A DNA stretch of 64,000 nt from the NCBI GenBank assembly GCA_963833575.1, contig CAWHXY010000006.1, positions 96,001-160,000 on the forward strand. Direction: 5' to 3'. Positions 53,196-61,415 of the stretch are shown here, one piece after another (the stretch's first letter is position 1; each line of letters begins with the position of its first letter). The DNA is from Candidatus Bathyarchaeota archaeon (GTDB taxonomy: Archaea; Thermoproteota; Bathyarchaeia; Bathyarchaeales; Bathycorpusculaceae). The translations under genes and the position numbers were made by a program. The notes under the pieces were generated by a model, which was not told the origin of the DNA, searched no databases, and was given only the letters and a program-made list of their open reading frames with translations.

Positions 53196-54482
53196 ATGAG
53201 TGCTGATTTAGCTCAAATTTCAAGTTCAAGTAACAAAACCAGCTCAGCTCCTCAGTGTCCTGAGTGTAGTTCTCATGAAGTAGTTCTTGATGGCCATCGT
53301 TACTCCTGGGGCCAGGATATTCAGCTTTTCAGATGTAAATCATGTAAGCATAGGTTCTCAAACGGACATAACAGTTCAAAAACTAATCAAAATACTATTA
53401 GATCTAACCAATTAGGCGCTAAATTAGAGGCGAAAAAATTGGTCGTGCTGCCACATAGAAAACATGTCGGCACGGGAGAAGTCACTGCAGAACATGAAGC
53501 ATTGCTTAGAGTTTTTGAAGGTTGGCTACGGAAAGAAGGCTACAACAAAAACTGTTATCCAAACAACGTAAAGACATTGCTATACCTTGGGGCCAATCTT
53601 TTAGATCCAGAGGATGTCAAAGCAAAAATCGCTGATCACAACGTCAAAAACGGAATGAAAATGCAACTTTGCTACAGTTATGAAGCGTTTCTACGGATGA
53701 ACAAAATGACTTGGACGCGACCAAAAAATGGAAAAGGCTACAAACAAGACGAGATTGATCCGTGGATTCCACTTGAGGTAGAGCTGGATCAACTGATTGC
53801 AGCTGCACATAGCAAGCGGATGGCAGTTTTTCTACGGACTCTTAAGGAAACTTTCACTGATCCAAGTGAGGCACTACAGATTGAGAGCCATGACATTGCA
53901 GACAATTCAGTAACGATCAGACATCCTGTTAAGAAACATCGTCCACGAACGCTAGAAGTTTCACCTCAGCTGATTGCAGATCTAAATAGCCTCTCACATG
54001 ATTCAGATCGGATTTTTGATTGCAGATACAGCACTATGATCAGCGGTTTTATTGCGTTGCGTAGGCGTGTCGCTCAAAGAACCCAAAACGACAGAATAAA
54101 CTACATCGAGTTACGGAGCTACAGACATTGGGCTGGAACAATGATTGCAGAAATGTCAAACGGTAATCCAATGTCAGTAATGAAGCTGCTAGGCTTAAGA
54201 CGCATTGAAAATGCTATGAAATACGTTAACATCTGGAAATTGAGCTTCAAAACTGAGACTGAATGGCAATACATGGAAGTTACAACACCTGAAGAACTAA
54301 AGATTGCCTTGCTTGGCGGCTACCAACATGTCATCGACAAGTTTGGAGCTTCATGGTTTAGAAGACCTAAAAGAATTGCCATTGCTATTACACCGATTAG
54401 CCAGCGACCAGATGAACCACAATGTCCCCAGATAGAAACCCCGATTAATAAACGCGAACCTGCATTAAGAAACGCTTATTAA
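53196..54482 (+). CDS. E2 tyrosine recombinase-like integrase with N-terminal zinc ribbon and non-canonical catalytic residues
   Basis: N-terminus shared with the E1 integrase; ETFTDPSE, HPVK, LRSYRHW, LGLRRIENAMKY; stop codon overlaps attR. Confidence 0.85.
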   Translation: MSADLAQISSSSNKTSSAPQCPECSSHEVVLDGHRYSWGQDIQLFRCKSCKHRFSNGHNSSKTNQNTIRSNQLGAKLEAKKLVVLPHRKHVGTGEVTAEHEALLRVFEGWLRKEGYNKNCYPNNVKTLLYLGANLLDPEDVKAKIADHNVKNGMKMQLCYSYEAFLRMNKMTWTRPKNGKGYKQDEIDPWIPLEVELDQLIAAAHSKRMAVFLRTLKETFTDPSEALQIESHDIADNSVTIRHPVKKHRPRTLEVSPQLIADLNSLSHDSDRIFDCRYSTMISGFIALRRRVAQRTQNDRINYIELRSYRHWAGTMIAEMSNGNPMSVMKLLGLRRIENAMKYVNIWKLSFKTETEWQYMEVTTPEELKIALLGGYQHVIDKFGASWFRRPKRIAIAITPISQRPDEPQCPQIETPINKREPALRNAY

Positions 54483-54517
54483 ATGACGCGGATTAAACCT
54501 TAGAAGCCAGAGGTTTT

Positions 54518-54595
54518 GGGCGAGTAGATCAGTCTGGCATGATCGCCACGTTGGCATCGTGGAGGTCCCGGGTTCAAATCCCGGCTCGTCCACCA
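54518..54595 (+). tRNA. tRNA-Ala(GGC)
   Basis: GGGCGAG/CTCGTCC acceptor with G3:U70, CCACG-TTGGCAT-CGTGG anticodon arm, GGTTCAAATCC, encoded CCA. Confidence 0.96.
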
Positions 54596-54743
54596 AACAA
54601 TTATTCGTGTTTACGCCTCGAAGGCGACTTATTGCCAATTTAAGGGCATTTTCACAGATTTTTGGCGCATTTAACCCAATTTCATAAGCTAAATTCGCTA
54701 ATTCTGGATTTAATTCAATCGTTGCACTGACTTGTGTTGTCAT
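54596..54743 (-). CDS. CcdA/RHH-like small protein whose frame runs into the antisense of the tRNA
   Basis: TIELNPEL..A.EIGLN..KICENALK.AI pattern typical of CcdA-like antitoxins. Confidence 0.5.
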
Positions 54744-54939
54744 TTTGTTGATCTCCACGAAATGCACGTGTCTGTTGTCCGGTTAGGACTTTATAGGAAT
54801 TTTGTCCAAGCCTATTTTTTAAGAGGTGACTTTGCAAAGTTTGAAAAGTTGATGACTATGAAATAAGTCGAGAGGACTTTGCAGTTTTATGAAAGACTTA
54901 AGAACCAAGTACGATAATCCAGATAACTGGTGACTTGGC

Positions 54940-56877
54940 TTGCCAGCTCCAAAATACTTGATTCCGCAATTTCTTCATCTCAAGATTAGTAACATGACAA
55001 CTTTTCCACAAGAAAAGAGAATTTCCTTTGATAAGGGAATACACGTAATATTTGGCGGAAACCATTCAGGAAAAACCACAATAGTAAACTCCATAAGATA
55101 TGGCGTTTTCGGCTTATCATCGAGTAGCCTCCCTGAAGGAGTTGAAAAGAGGTATTTTTCATCAAGAATTCAAGAAAATATACGCAATTCTTTAGATATT
55201 AATACTGAGTGTCGTTTGGACAACGTCAAAATAACAACTCATAGAAAGGTTTTCTCCTCAATAAATGCAGAAATTGAAGCAACAATTTCAAAGGAGACAA
55301 AAAACACCTTTTCAATGTCACAAGAAACTGTCGTCCGTGAAAAGGAGTATTATGATAGACTAAGGGGCATTATGGGAAACATCGACGAACAACAACTGGA
55401 TTTTGTTTCAAATCTTATGTTTGCCGATGAAAGCAGACATTATATTCTCTGGAGTAAGAACTTAGAAAACTTTGTAACGTACTTTCTTACATCTCCAGAG
55501 ATTTTTAAAGAATACATGACCCTTGAAACTGAAATAATCAAAACTGACATAGAATTGACAAAGCTTAAACAAGAAAGGACTCAAGGAGTAAACAAACTTC
55601 AAGATAATGAGCGGTTGGAAAAGTCTTTCGAGAGAACATTGAAAGAATTCGAAAAATTGGATATTGATCAAGTAACTGAAGAAATCGAATCTTTGGGCAA
55701 TCAATTAGAAGAGTGCAGAACCAAAGTCGCTGAAGCAAGCAACATTTTGTCAATCAAAATTAAAGACAGATCGGATATTGTTACAAAAATTGCGGAGAAT
55801 AAACATGAAATCGATGAGATAGAAGAAAAATCTGATGATGCGAAAAAAGAACTTCTTAAAGCGTATCTCAATCCGCAAGATAGTGATCAATACCATCTTG
55901 GTAGATATCTTTACCATAAAAAGCAATGCCCTGTATGTTCTGCTGATATGTCTGATGAGATAAACAGTCGTCTGGAAAAGAGAAAATGTCCACTTTGTGG
56001 TCATAGAGACATAGTTGATTACCGAAGTGATGCAAAAACAAGTGATAACCAATTTTCGATTCTCACTGAAAGCAAAGAAAAAATTGTTTCCCTTATGCAT
56101 TCAACCGAAACTAATTTAACTAAAATAGAAGGTCAAATCGAAGAAACAAACATGATTTTAGGTCAAGAACACGCAAGAGAGGTTGCATTGCTCCAAAGGA
56201 GAGCTGAATTTAAATCAATCGAAGAAAGCCTGCTCAGAAGGGAAATAATCCTTGATCAACTAAAGAAAATATCCATGCAAAAAGGAGTTTTCGAAGAAGC
56301 TATTACCGAGATTGATGAAAAAATAGAAAATACAAACGAGAAAATAGAAAAAACAAAACAGAAACAAGACCGTGTAAGAAACGATATGGAATTGGACGCC
56401 AAAACCGCTTTGACAAATGTTCGACAAAGATTTTCCAATTTCTTTGACATAGCCACGAATGGAGAAGAATCGGCAAAACTTACAGAACATTTAATTCCTG
56501 AACTTAACGGTCGTCCAGTGTTTCATTATGACACAGTATCGCAATTTGAACGTACCGTTTTCGATTATGCTTTTAGGATTGCATTGTTGTCTGAATTCGC
56601 AGTAAGAACAAACACTTTCCCTTCACTAATTATTGAAACTCCTGACGAGGTAACTGATGAGTCTTATATACCCCATTTGGCTAAAGCGATTTTCAAGTAT
56701 TGTTCAAATCTTTCTATCGTTGTTACAACGGTTAACACTGATCTAATGAAACATCTACTCAACAATTACAAAGGCGAGGAAAAAAATAGACATTTCACTG
56801 ATTTAGTTTCTAAAGGCACACTTACGCAGAAAAAGTTCTACGAAGTTTCTATCAAGAAATATTTAAGTGAAATTTAA
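54940..56877 (+). CDS. Rad50/SMC-like ABC ATPase with coiled coil and zinc-hook-like CxxC pair
   Basis: GGNHSGKTT Walker A; long heptad coils around CPVC and CPLC; VSQFE signature; LIIETPDE Walker B. Confidence 0.85.
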   Translation: MPAPKYLIPQFLHLKISNMTTFPQEKRISFDKGIHVIFGGNHSGKTTIVNSIRYGVFGLSSSSLPEGVEKRYFSSRIQENIRNSLDINTECRLDNVKITTHRKVFSSINAEIEATISKETKNTFSMSQETVVREKEYYDRLRGIMGNIDEQQLDFVSNLMFADESRHYILWSKNLENFVTYFLTSPEIFKEYMTLETEIIKTDIELTKLKQERTQGVNKLQDNERLEKSFERTLKEFEKLDIDQVTEEIESLGNQLEECRTKVAEASNILSIKIKDRSDIVTKIAENKHEIDEIEEKSDDAKKELLKAYLNPQDSDQYHLGRYLYHKKQCPVCSADMSDEINSRLEKRKCPLCGHRDIVDYRSDAKTSDNQFSILTESKEKIVSLMHSTETNLTKIEGQIEETNMILGQEHAREVALLQRRAEFKSIEESLLRREIILDQLKKISMQKGVFEEAITEIDEKIENTNEKIEKTKQKQDRVRNDMELDAKTALTNVRQRFSNFFDIATNGEESAKLTEHLIPELNGRPVFHYDTVSQFERTVFDYAFRIALLSEFAVRTNTFPSLIIETPDEVTDESYIPHLAKAIFKYCSNLSIVVTTVNTDLMKHLLNNYKGEEKNRHFTDLVSKGTLTQKKFYEVSIKKYLSEI

Positions 56878-57514
56878 TGAAAGATCGAATGAACTCGAGG
56901 AACTTAAAGATCAATTTGCTCTTTGGCTTCTTTTGAGTAAGCTGAAAAGATGCGAATATACAACTCAGCGACTGAAACTCCAAAAGCTTGTTTATTTAAT
57001 TGATATTTTTGGAACAATATTCGAAAAGAAACCAACCAACTACACATTCAATGTATACAAACTTGGACCTTTTTCAAAAGACATTTTGCAGGATATGGAT
57101 CGTCTTGTTTCTGTTGGCATAATAGATGCTAAAGAAATAAAACTTTGGGATCCTAATCACGAACGTTCATTTGAGTACAAGATAAAGAGAGAACCTGAGT
57201 TAAGCAAAATTGCCCCAGCCATTAAACGCGATTTTAGTTTGTTGGAAAGAACTATTGTTTTTACGGTTCAAGCAGTTGGCAATTTTAATAGCGAAGAAAT
57301 AAGAAAACTGGTATATAATGAGCCAAATTATGTTCAAGCTAAAAAACAGGGTTTCATGACAACAATTAATCCTCACTACGAACTCGCTAAACAATTCAGG
57401 GAGTCATCAAGAAAAATTGCTTTTGACCAATTCAAAATGGTCTTGGATGAAGAACAAATTTCTCTGCTTTACTTGGGTTATATGAAGAGTGGAAAATTTC
57501 CACATTTGCAATGA
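56867..57514 (+). CDS. Panacea/SocA (DUF4065)-like protein
   Basis: LKLQKLVYLID ... Y.F..Y.LGPFS.DI motif. Confidence 0.7.
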   Translation: MKFNERSNELEELKDQFALWLLLSKLKRCEYTTQRLKLQKLVYLIDIFGTIFEKKPTNYTFNVYKLGPFSKDILQDMDRLVSVGIIDAKEIKLWDPNHERSFEYKIKREPELSKIAPAIKRDFSLLERTIVFTVQAVGNFNSEEIRKLVYNEPNYVQAKKQGFMTTINPHYELAKQFRESSRKIAFDQFKMVLDEEQISLLYLGYMKSGKFPHLQ

Positions 57515-57520
57515 TAATAA

Positions 57521-58503
57521 ATGAAGAAAGACGCTGTAGACGCTGATTTCAAATGCGCAATGGAAGATTTCATACAGGATTATCTCAATAAATATGGTTG
57601 GCTAATTGATTTATCGAAAAAGTATTTCATTTCTCCCTCCTTGTTTGAAAATATTTTGAAGTTTGTTGAAAGAGTTCCTAAGATGAGAAAAGAGAAGTCG
57701 CCACTTAGTCTAGGCTTGGCGTTCAAAAACAAAGTATTGAATCTTGAAGAACCATTAATGTCTTACAACCCATTTCATATTTCAGAAATGCGCAACTTTT
57801 CCAATCTGAAAAACGCGGTAGCTGGCAATCCACTATGTTACATCTTAGATCCGATCGGCTTGGTAAGTATTGGTCAGGTTCCCAAATCAATGATTTTGAC
57901 ATCTCCTGATCAGACATTAAGGAATTATCTAAAATCTTTAATACACTGACATTTTTTGTTGAAAACTCAATACTTGAGGTATATGACACCGGAAGTTTTG
58001 TTCAAATCAATAGAAACGGACTTTGGATGAAACCATGCATAATGGTGCTAAATGAATTTCAGAGGCAGGGATTCAAACTTGATCTTCTTCAACATGTATT
58101 GCAAATTTGCCTACAAATGTCCTACCTTAACAAGGGCGGCACTTTCGTTTTGACGAAAGATGACCCCCCAAAATTCTGCGTATCAATGATAAAAGGAAGC
58201 GTTTTCAAAAAAACAGAACTTGATCTTTTGCCCCCCACGGAGATAATTGCTTTTGCAGATATTGATGGCGCTGTCATCATAAACCAAAAAGGTGAATTGC
58301 TTAATGTCGGGCAACGACTTTGTCCACCAGACACAACCACAGGGTATTTCGTGGAATCAGGGCGAGGAGCCAGACATAATTTCGCCTCAATGTATTCAAA
58401 AGCAGTAGAGGCTCTTGTTTTTGTAGTTTCCGAAGAAGGCTCAATTTCACTATATTATTCTGGAGATTTACGTGCAAGATGTTTTTCTGAACTTTTTGAA
58501 TAA
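57521..58503 (+). pseudogene. Diadenylate cyclase (DisA_N/DAC)-domain protein, split by a 1-bp frameshift near 57925
   Basis: GGTF, IDGAVII, GARHN (RHR-like), VSEEGSIS; the downstream frame is open from 57910 and overlaps the upstream ORF. Confidence 0.78.
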
Positions 58504-58516
58504 GGAATTGTTATAC

Positions 58517-58753
58517 TCAGTTTGACTTCTCGTTTTTCAAATCCCTAAAATTGTGGCTTCCTTGAGAATCTCTTGACAATTCATGATATCCATCTTTATC
58601 TCTGAGTACTGTTGCGTCGCCTTTTTTTATATTTATAAATGTCAAGTCATCATCAAAAACTTGTGTTTTTGAAGCTGTCAAGCCAAACAATCCTTTTGCC
58701 CATCCGCTCGCTTTAATCTTCGTATATTTTTCACGCGATTTTGTTTTTACCAC
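58517..58753 (-). CDS. Small hypothetical protein
   Basis: GAGGTGG SD before GTG; 78 aa. Confidence 0.55.
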   Translation of the reverse strand: MVKTKSREKYTKIKASGWAKGLFGLTASKTQVFDDDLTFINIKKGDATVLRDKDGYHELSRDSQGSHNFRDLKNEKSN

Positions 58754-58792
58754 ATTTCCACCTCAAATTAGTATTTTACTTCATTTAATGGG

Positions 58793-59260
58793 CTATTTTG
58801 GTAACGCCTTCTCAATTTCGACTAGTCGGTCTCTCATCCCTTTCGCGAACTCTGTTGAAACATCTGTTTCAATAACTTTTAGTTCTATCAATAATCTTTG
58901 AAACTCAGCCTCGGGAGTGGGAATAGATTCCCAAGGATCAGGGGTATAGCCTGTCATCTCCATCGCGTCAATTGACGAACAAGCCTTCCAATATTTTTTC
59001 ATGAGTATGTCAAGCATGCGATACCCAGATTTTTCGGCAATTTCTTCTGCTTTTTTTCTCCCTTCAACATATTCTTCACCTTTCTGTTTCTGAAGTTTAT
59101 CTAATAGTGGTGACATGTCAGGGTTTTTTCTTAATTCTAAATATTGAATTATGCCGGTTTTTGCAACGTTCGACCAACTTACTTCAGGATAAGCGTCCAT
59201 TTGATTTCCTACATCATCAGGTAACCCGAGCGTTATGTTCCTAGTCATTTCGCTTAACAA
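58793..59260 (-). CDS. Protein with N-terminal RHH-like DNA-binding domain
   Basis: RNITLGLPDDV..M..YPEVSWS.VA..GI..YL pattern. Confidence 0.65.
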   Translation of the reverse strand: MLSEMTRNITLGLPDDVGNQMDAYPEVSWSNVAKTGIIQYLELRKNPDMSPLLDKLQKQKGEEYVEGRKKAEEIAEKSGYRMLDILMKKYWKACSSIDAMEMTGYTPDPWESIPTPEAEFQRLLIELKVIETDVSTEFAKGMRDRLVEIEKALPK

Positions 59261-59262
59261 AC

Positions 59263-59331
59263 TCCTGTGAATATACAGTTATCACAGGAATAAAAGCATT
59301 TCCATGACCACAGTTTTCACAGTATTCACAG
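59263..59331. promoter_or_regulatory. Operator-like inverted repeat plus CACAG direct repeats
   Basis: TCCTGTGA-N11-TCACAGGA; CACAG at 59309, 59318 and 59327. Confidence 0.55.
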
Positions 59332-59725
59332 CAATTTGTTTATCGAGTCGAATGAATCTTTACTTTCTTTGCGTTCCGCAAAGTATGTTATCAAATTGTA
59401 TGGGCATTTATCCATGAAAAAGGATGATTATTCATAATTTCAGACTTTTTAACACGTTTTTTCATTGAAAATCGAGTAAAATTATTCTGCAAAATCGACA
59501 ATCAAGGGCAATTTTACCCTATTTCAATGTTTACCCGACACTATGTGTTCGATGAACTCTCAGTCTTTTCAATGATGTCAAATCGCTGCCACGATACCTA
59601 CGTGGAGGTCTCGGGTTCAAATTGAGGCTTGGCCACCATTTTTCTCCACCCAACGCGCATGCTTAAGTCATAAAAAAACTTATCAATTAGCGCAAACAAA
59701 AGGCATCTAAAGAAGGACTCGATAC

Positions 59726-60244
59726 ATGTCAAGTTCTGAAAAACAGTTAGGAATCATTAAAGACATTGTTTTACCACTCGATATTAACACAAGGTATGAC
59801 TTTTATTTTACAGACAAGCGTATTGCAATAGTTTGTATGGGTAAAGCAAACCGTTTCGAATCTGAAACGTTAGAGCGAGTTTCTTTAATGCCTTCAGCGT
59901 TCGGAATGCCTTCACCCGCATCAACTTACGTGGAAAAGACAGAAGACAGACAATCGATTGACGAAGAAATAAAAAACTGGTCCATAGACGATATATTAAA
60001 GCTGAGCAAAAAAAGCTGTTTCTACACCCTTGAAGAAATCGAAGAAGTCAAATTGATTTTAGGACACAAACCCAAATTCGTTATCCTAAGTAAAGAATGT
60101 GAATCCAAGTTTTCTCCAAATGAAGAACAGTTAAAACAACTAATCGAGATATTGCCTACAATAGAAACACTCAGAAAAAAATTCGCGATTGCTGGAAACT
60201 GGAACACACTACAGGAAATATTCAAGGCACCTTTCTGTAAATAA
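59726..60244 (+). CDS. Hypothetical protein (PH-like)
   Basis: YDFYFTDKRIAIV motif; 172-aa ORF. Confidence 0.6.
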   Translation: MSSSEKQLGIIKDIVLPLDINTRYDFYFTDKRIAIVCMGKANRFESETLERVSLMPSAFGMPSPASTYVEKTEDRQSIDEEIKNWSIDDILKLSKKSCFYTLEEIEEVKLILGHKPKFVILSKECESKFSPNEEQLKQLIEILPTIETLRKKFAIAGNWNTLQEIFKAPFCK

Positions 60245-60416
60245 TCAAGTCATTGGCAATAAAAGAATTTTGCAATCTGTAAAAAATCGTCAATCGTAAA
60301 AGATGGCCTTAACAGGTAAACATCCATTCTTATTTGGAACCGTCATAAAATCTAATTAAGAATCAGAGAAAATTTAAATCGCTGACAGTCTTTGCTTTAA
60401 AAAGGTTGATAAAGAT

Positions 60417-60968
60417 ATGAATTTTTGGAAAGACTTACCAGCAGGAGATAATCCGCCTGAATTTCTGAATATGGTTATTGAAGTCATAAGTGGCTCAAGA
60501 GACAAATACGAATACAACCTGAAATGGGAAGCTTTTGTGCTAGACAGGATTATTCCTTCGTCCGTCGTGTTTCCAGTTGAGTATGGGTTTGTTCCTCAAA
60601 CATGGTTTGACGACGAAGACCCTTTAGACATTATGGTTCTCAGCCACGCGCCACTTACTGTCGGCTGTATTGTAAAAGTCCTTGTCATAGGCGCACTAAT
60701 AATCGAAGACGAAGAAGGACTAGATGCAAAGATTCTTTCCGTATTGGTCAACGATGCGCGATCCGAAGGCTACCGGGACATAACTGACATCCACAAACAC
60801 AGATTAGTAGAGATTCAAGAATTCTTCGAAACTTACAAACGTCTTGAACCACACAAATGGGTAAAGATCAGAGCGTGGAAAAACGCAAAAGAAGCCTGGG
60901 AAATCGTAAAATACTCGATGGAAAAATACCGCGAACTCAACGAAAAGCCACCTGCAAATCACAAATAA
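60417..60968 (+). CDS. ppa: Inorganic pyrophosphatase (family I)
   Basis: KYEY, LDR, YGFVPQT..DDEDPLD, FFETYK.LE. Confidence 0.95.
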   Translation: MNFWKDLPAGDNPPEFLNMVIEVISGSRDKYEYNLKWEAFVLDRIIPSSVVFPVEYGFVPQTWFDDEDPLDIMVLSHAPLTVGCIVKVLVIGALIIEDEEGLDAKILSVLVNDARSEGYRDITDIHKHRLVEIQEFFETYKRLEPHKWVKIRAWKNAKEAWEIVKYSMEKYRELNEKPPANHK

Positions 60969-61109
60969 TTGTCAGGTTTATGTCCGCGTGAATAGTGATC
61001 TTGATTCGATTTTAATTAACGAATTTAAGGTATTTTGCTGTTAGAGCTTGGGGTTTAGCGTAAGTCTTAAGTTGTTCAAAGCAGTTTTGCCTTAAGGAAA
61101 AATGACAGC

Positions 61110-61415
61110 ATGGACACTTACGGTTTGGCCAATTTATTTCTAAGTTTCGCCAGCATAATAAATTTTGTAGCCTTACTGTTAATGCTCAGAGCGGTGATTA
61201 AAAACAGAAAAGTACTTCGTGGATACAGCATTCTAGGTTCATTCTTAACCTTCGTTTCTATTGTTGGCTTCGAAATTGCTTATTATTTGCTTGGAAACTT
61301 TATCGGTTTCGCATTTGGATGGGCAACCGTCGCATTCTGGTTCGTAGCATTCCTCTATAGTTTACGTCAGAGATTGAAGGGAACTGAAGAACAAAAAAAA
61401 ATGGTTGAGCCTTAA
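61110..61415 (+). CDS. Small 3-TM membrane protein
   Basis: Three hydrophobic helices. Confidence 0.6.
   Translation: MDTYGLANLFLSFASIINFVALLLMLRAVIKNRKVLRGYSILGSFLTFVSIVGFEIAYYLLGNFIGFAFGWATVAFWFVAFLYSLRQRLKGTEEQKKMVEP

Larger units (their letters stand above)
49892..54481 (+). mobile_element. Integrated rolling-circle element E2 (4574 bp), sister of E1, in the tRNA-Ala promoter
   Basis: 16-bp direct repeats TAAGAAACGCTTATTA at 49892-49907 and 54466-54481; same gene order as E1. Confidence 0.93.
54558..59638. mobile_element. tRNA-Ala-anchored genomic island (about 5 kb, no integrase inside)
   Basis: Degenerate copy of the tRNA 3' half at 59601-59638 (cgtggaggtctcgggttcaaattgaggcttggccacca); AT-rich cargo. 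Confidence 0.75.

Noticed and set aside
35600-53290. E1/E2 similarity as an assembly duplication
   Set aside because: The copies have distinct att sites, divergent Rep and integrase, and synonymous differences within the shared block
54465-54595. C-terminal part of the 100-aa minus-strand ORF as real protein
   Set aside because: It is the antisense translation of tRNA-Ala and its leader
57910-57957. Programmed ribosomal frameshift in the DAC gene
   Set aside because: No X XXY YYZ heptamer before the upstream stop; the T6 run lies after it
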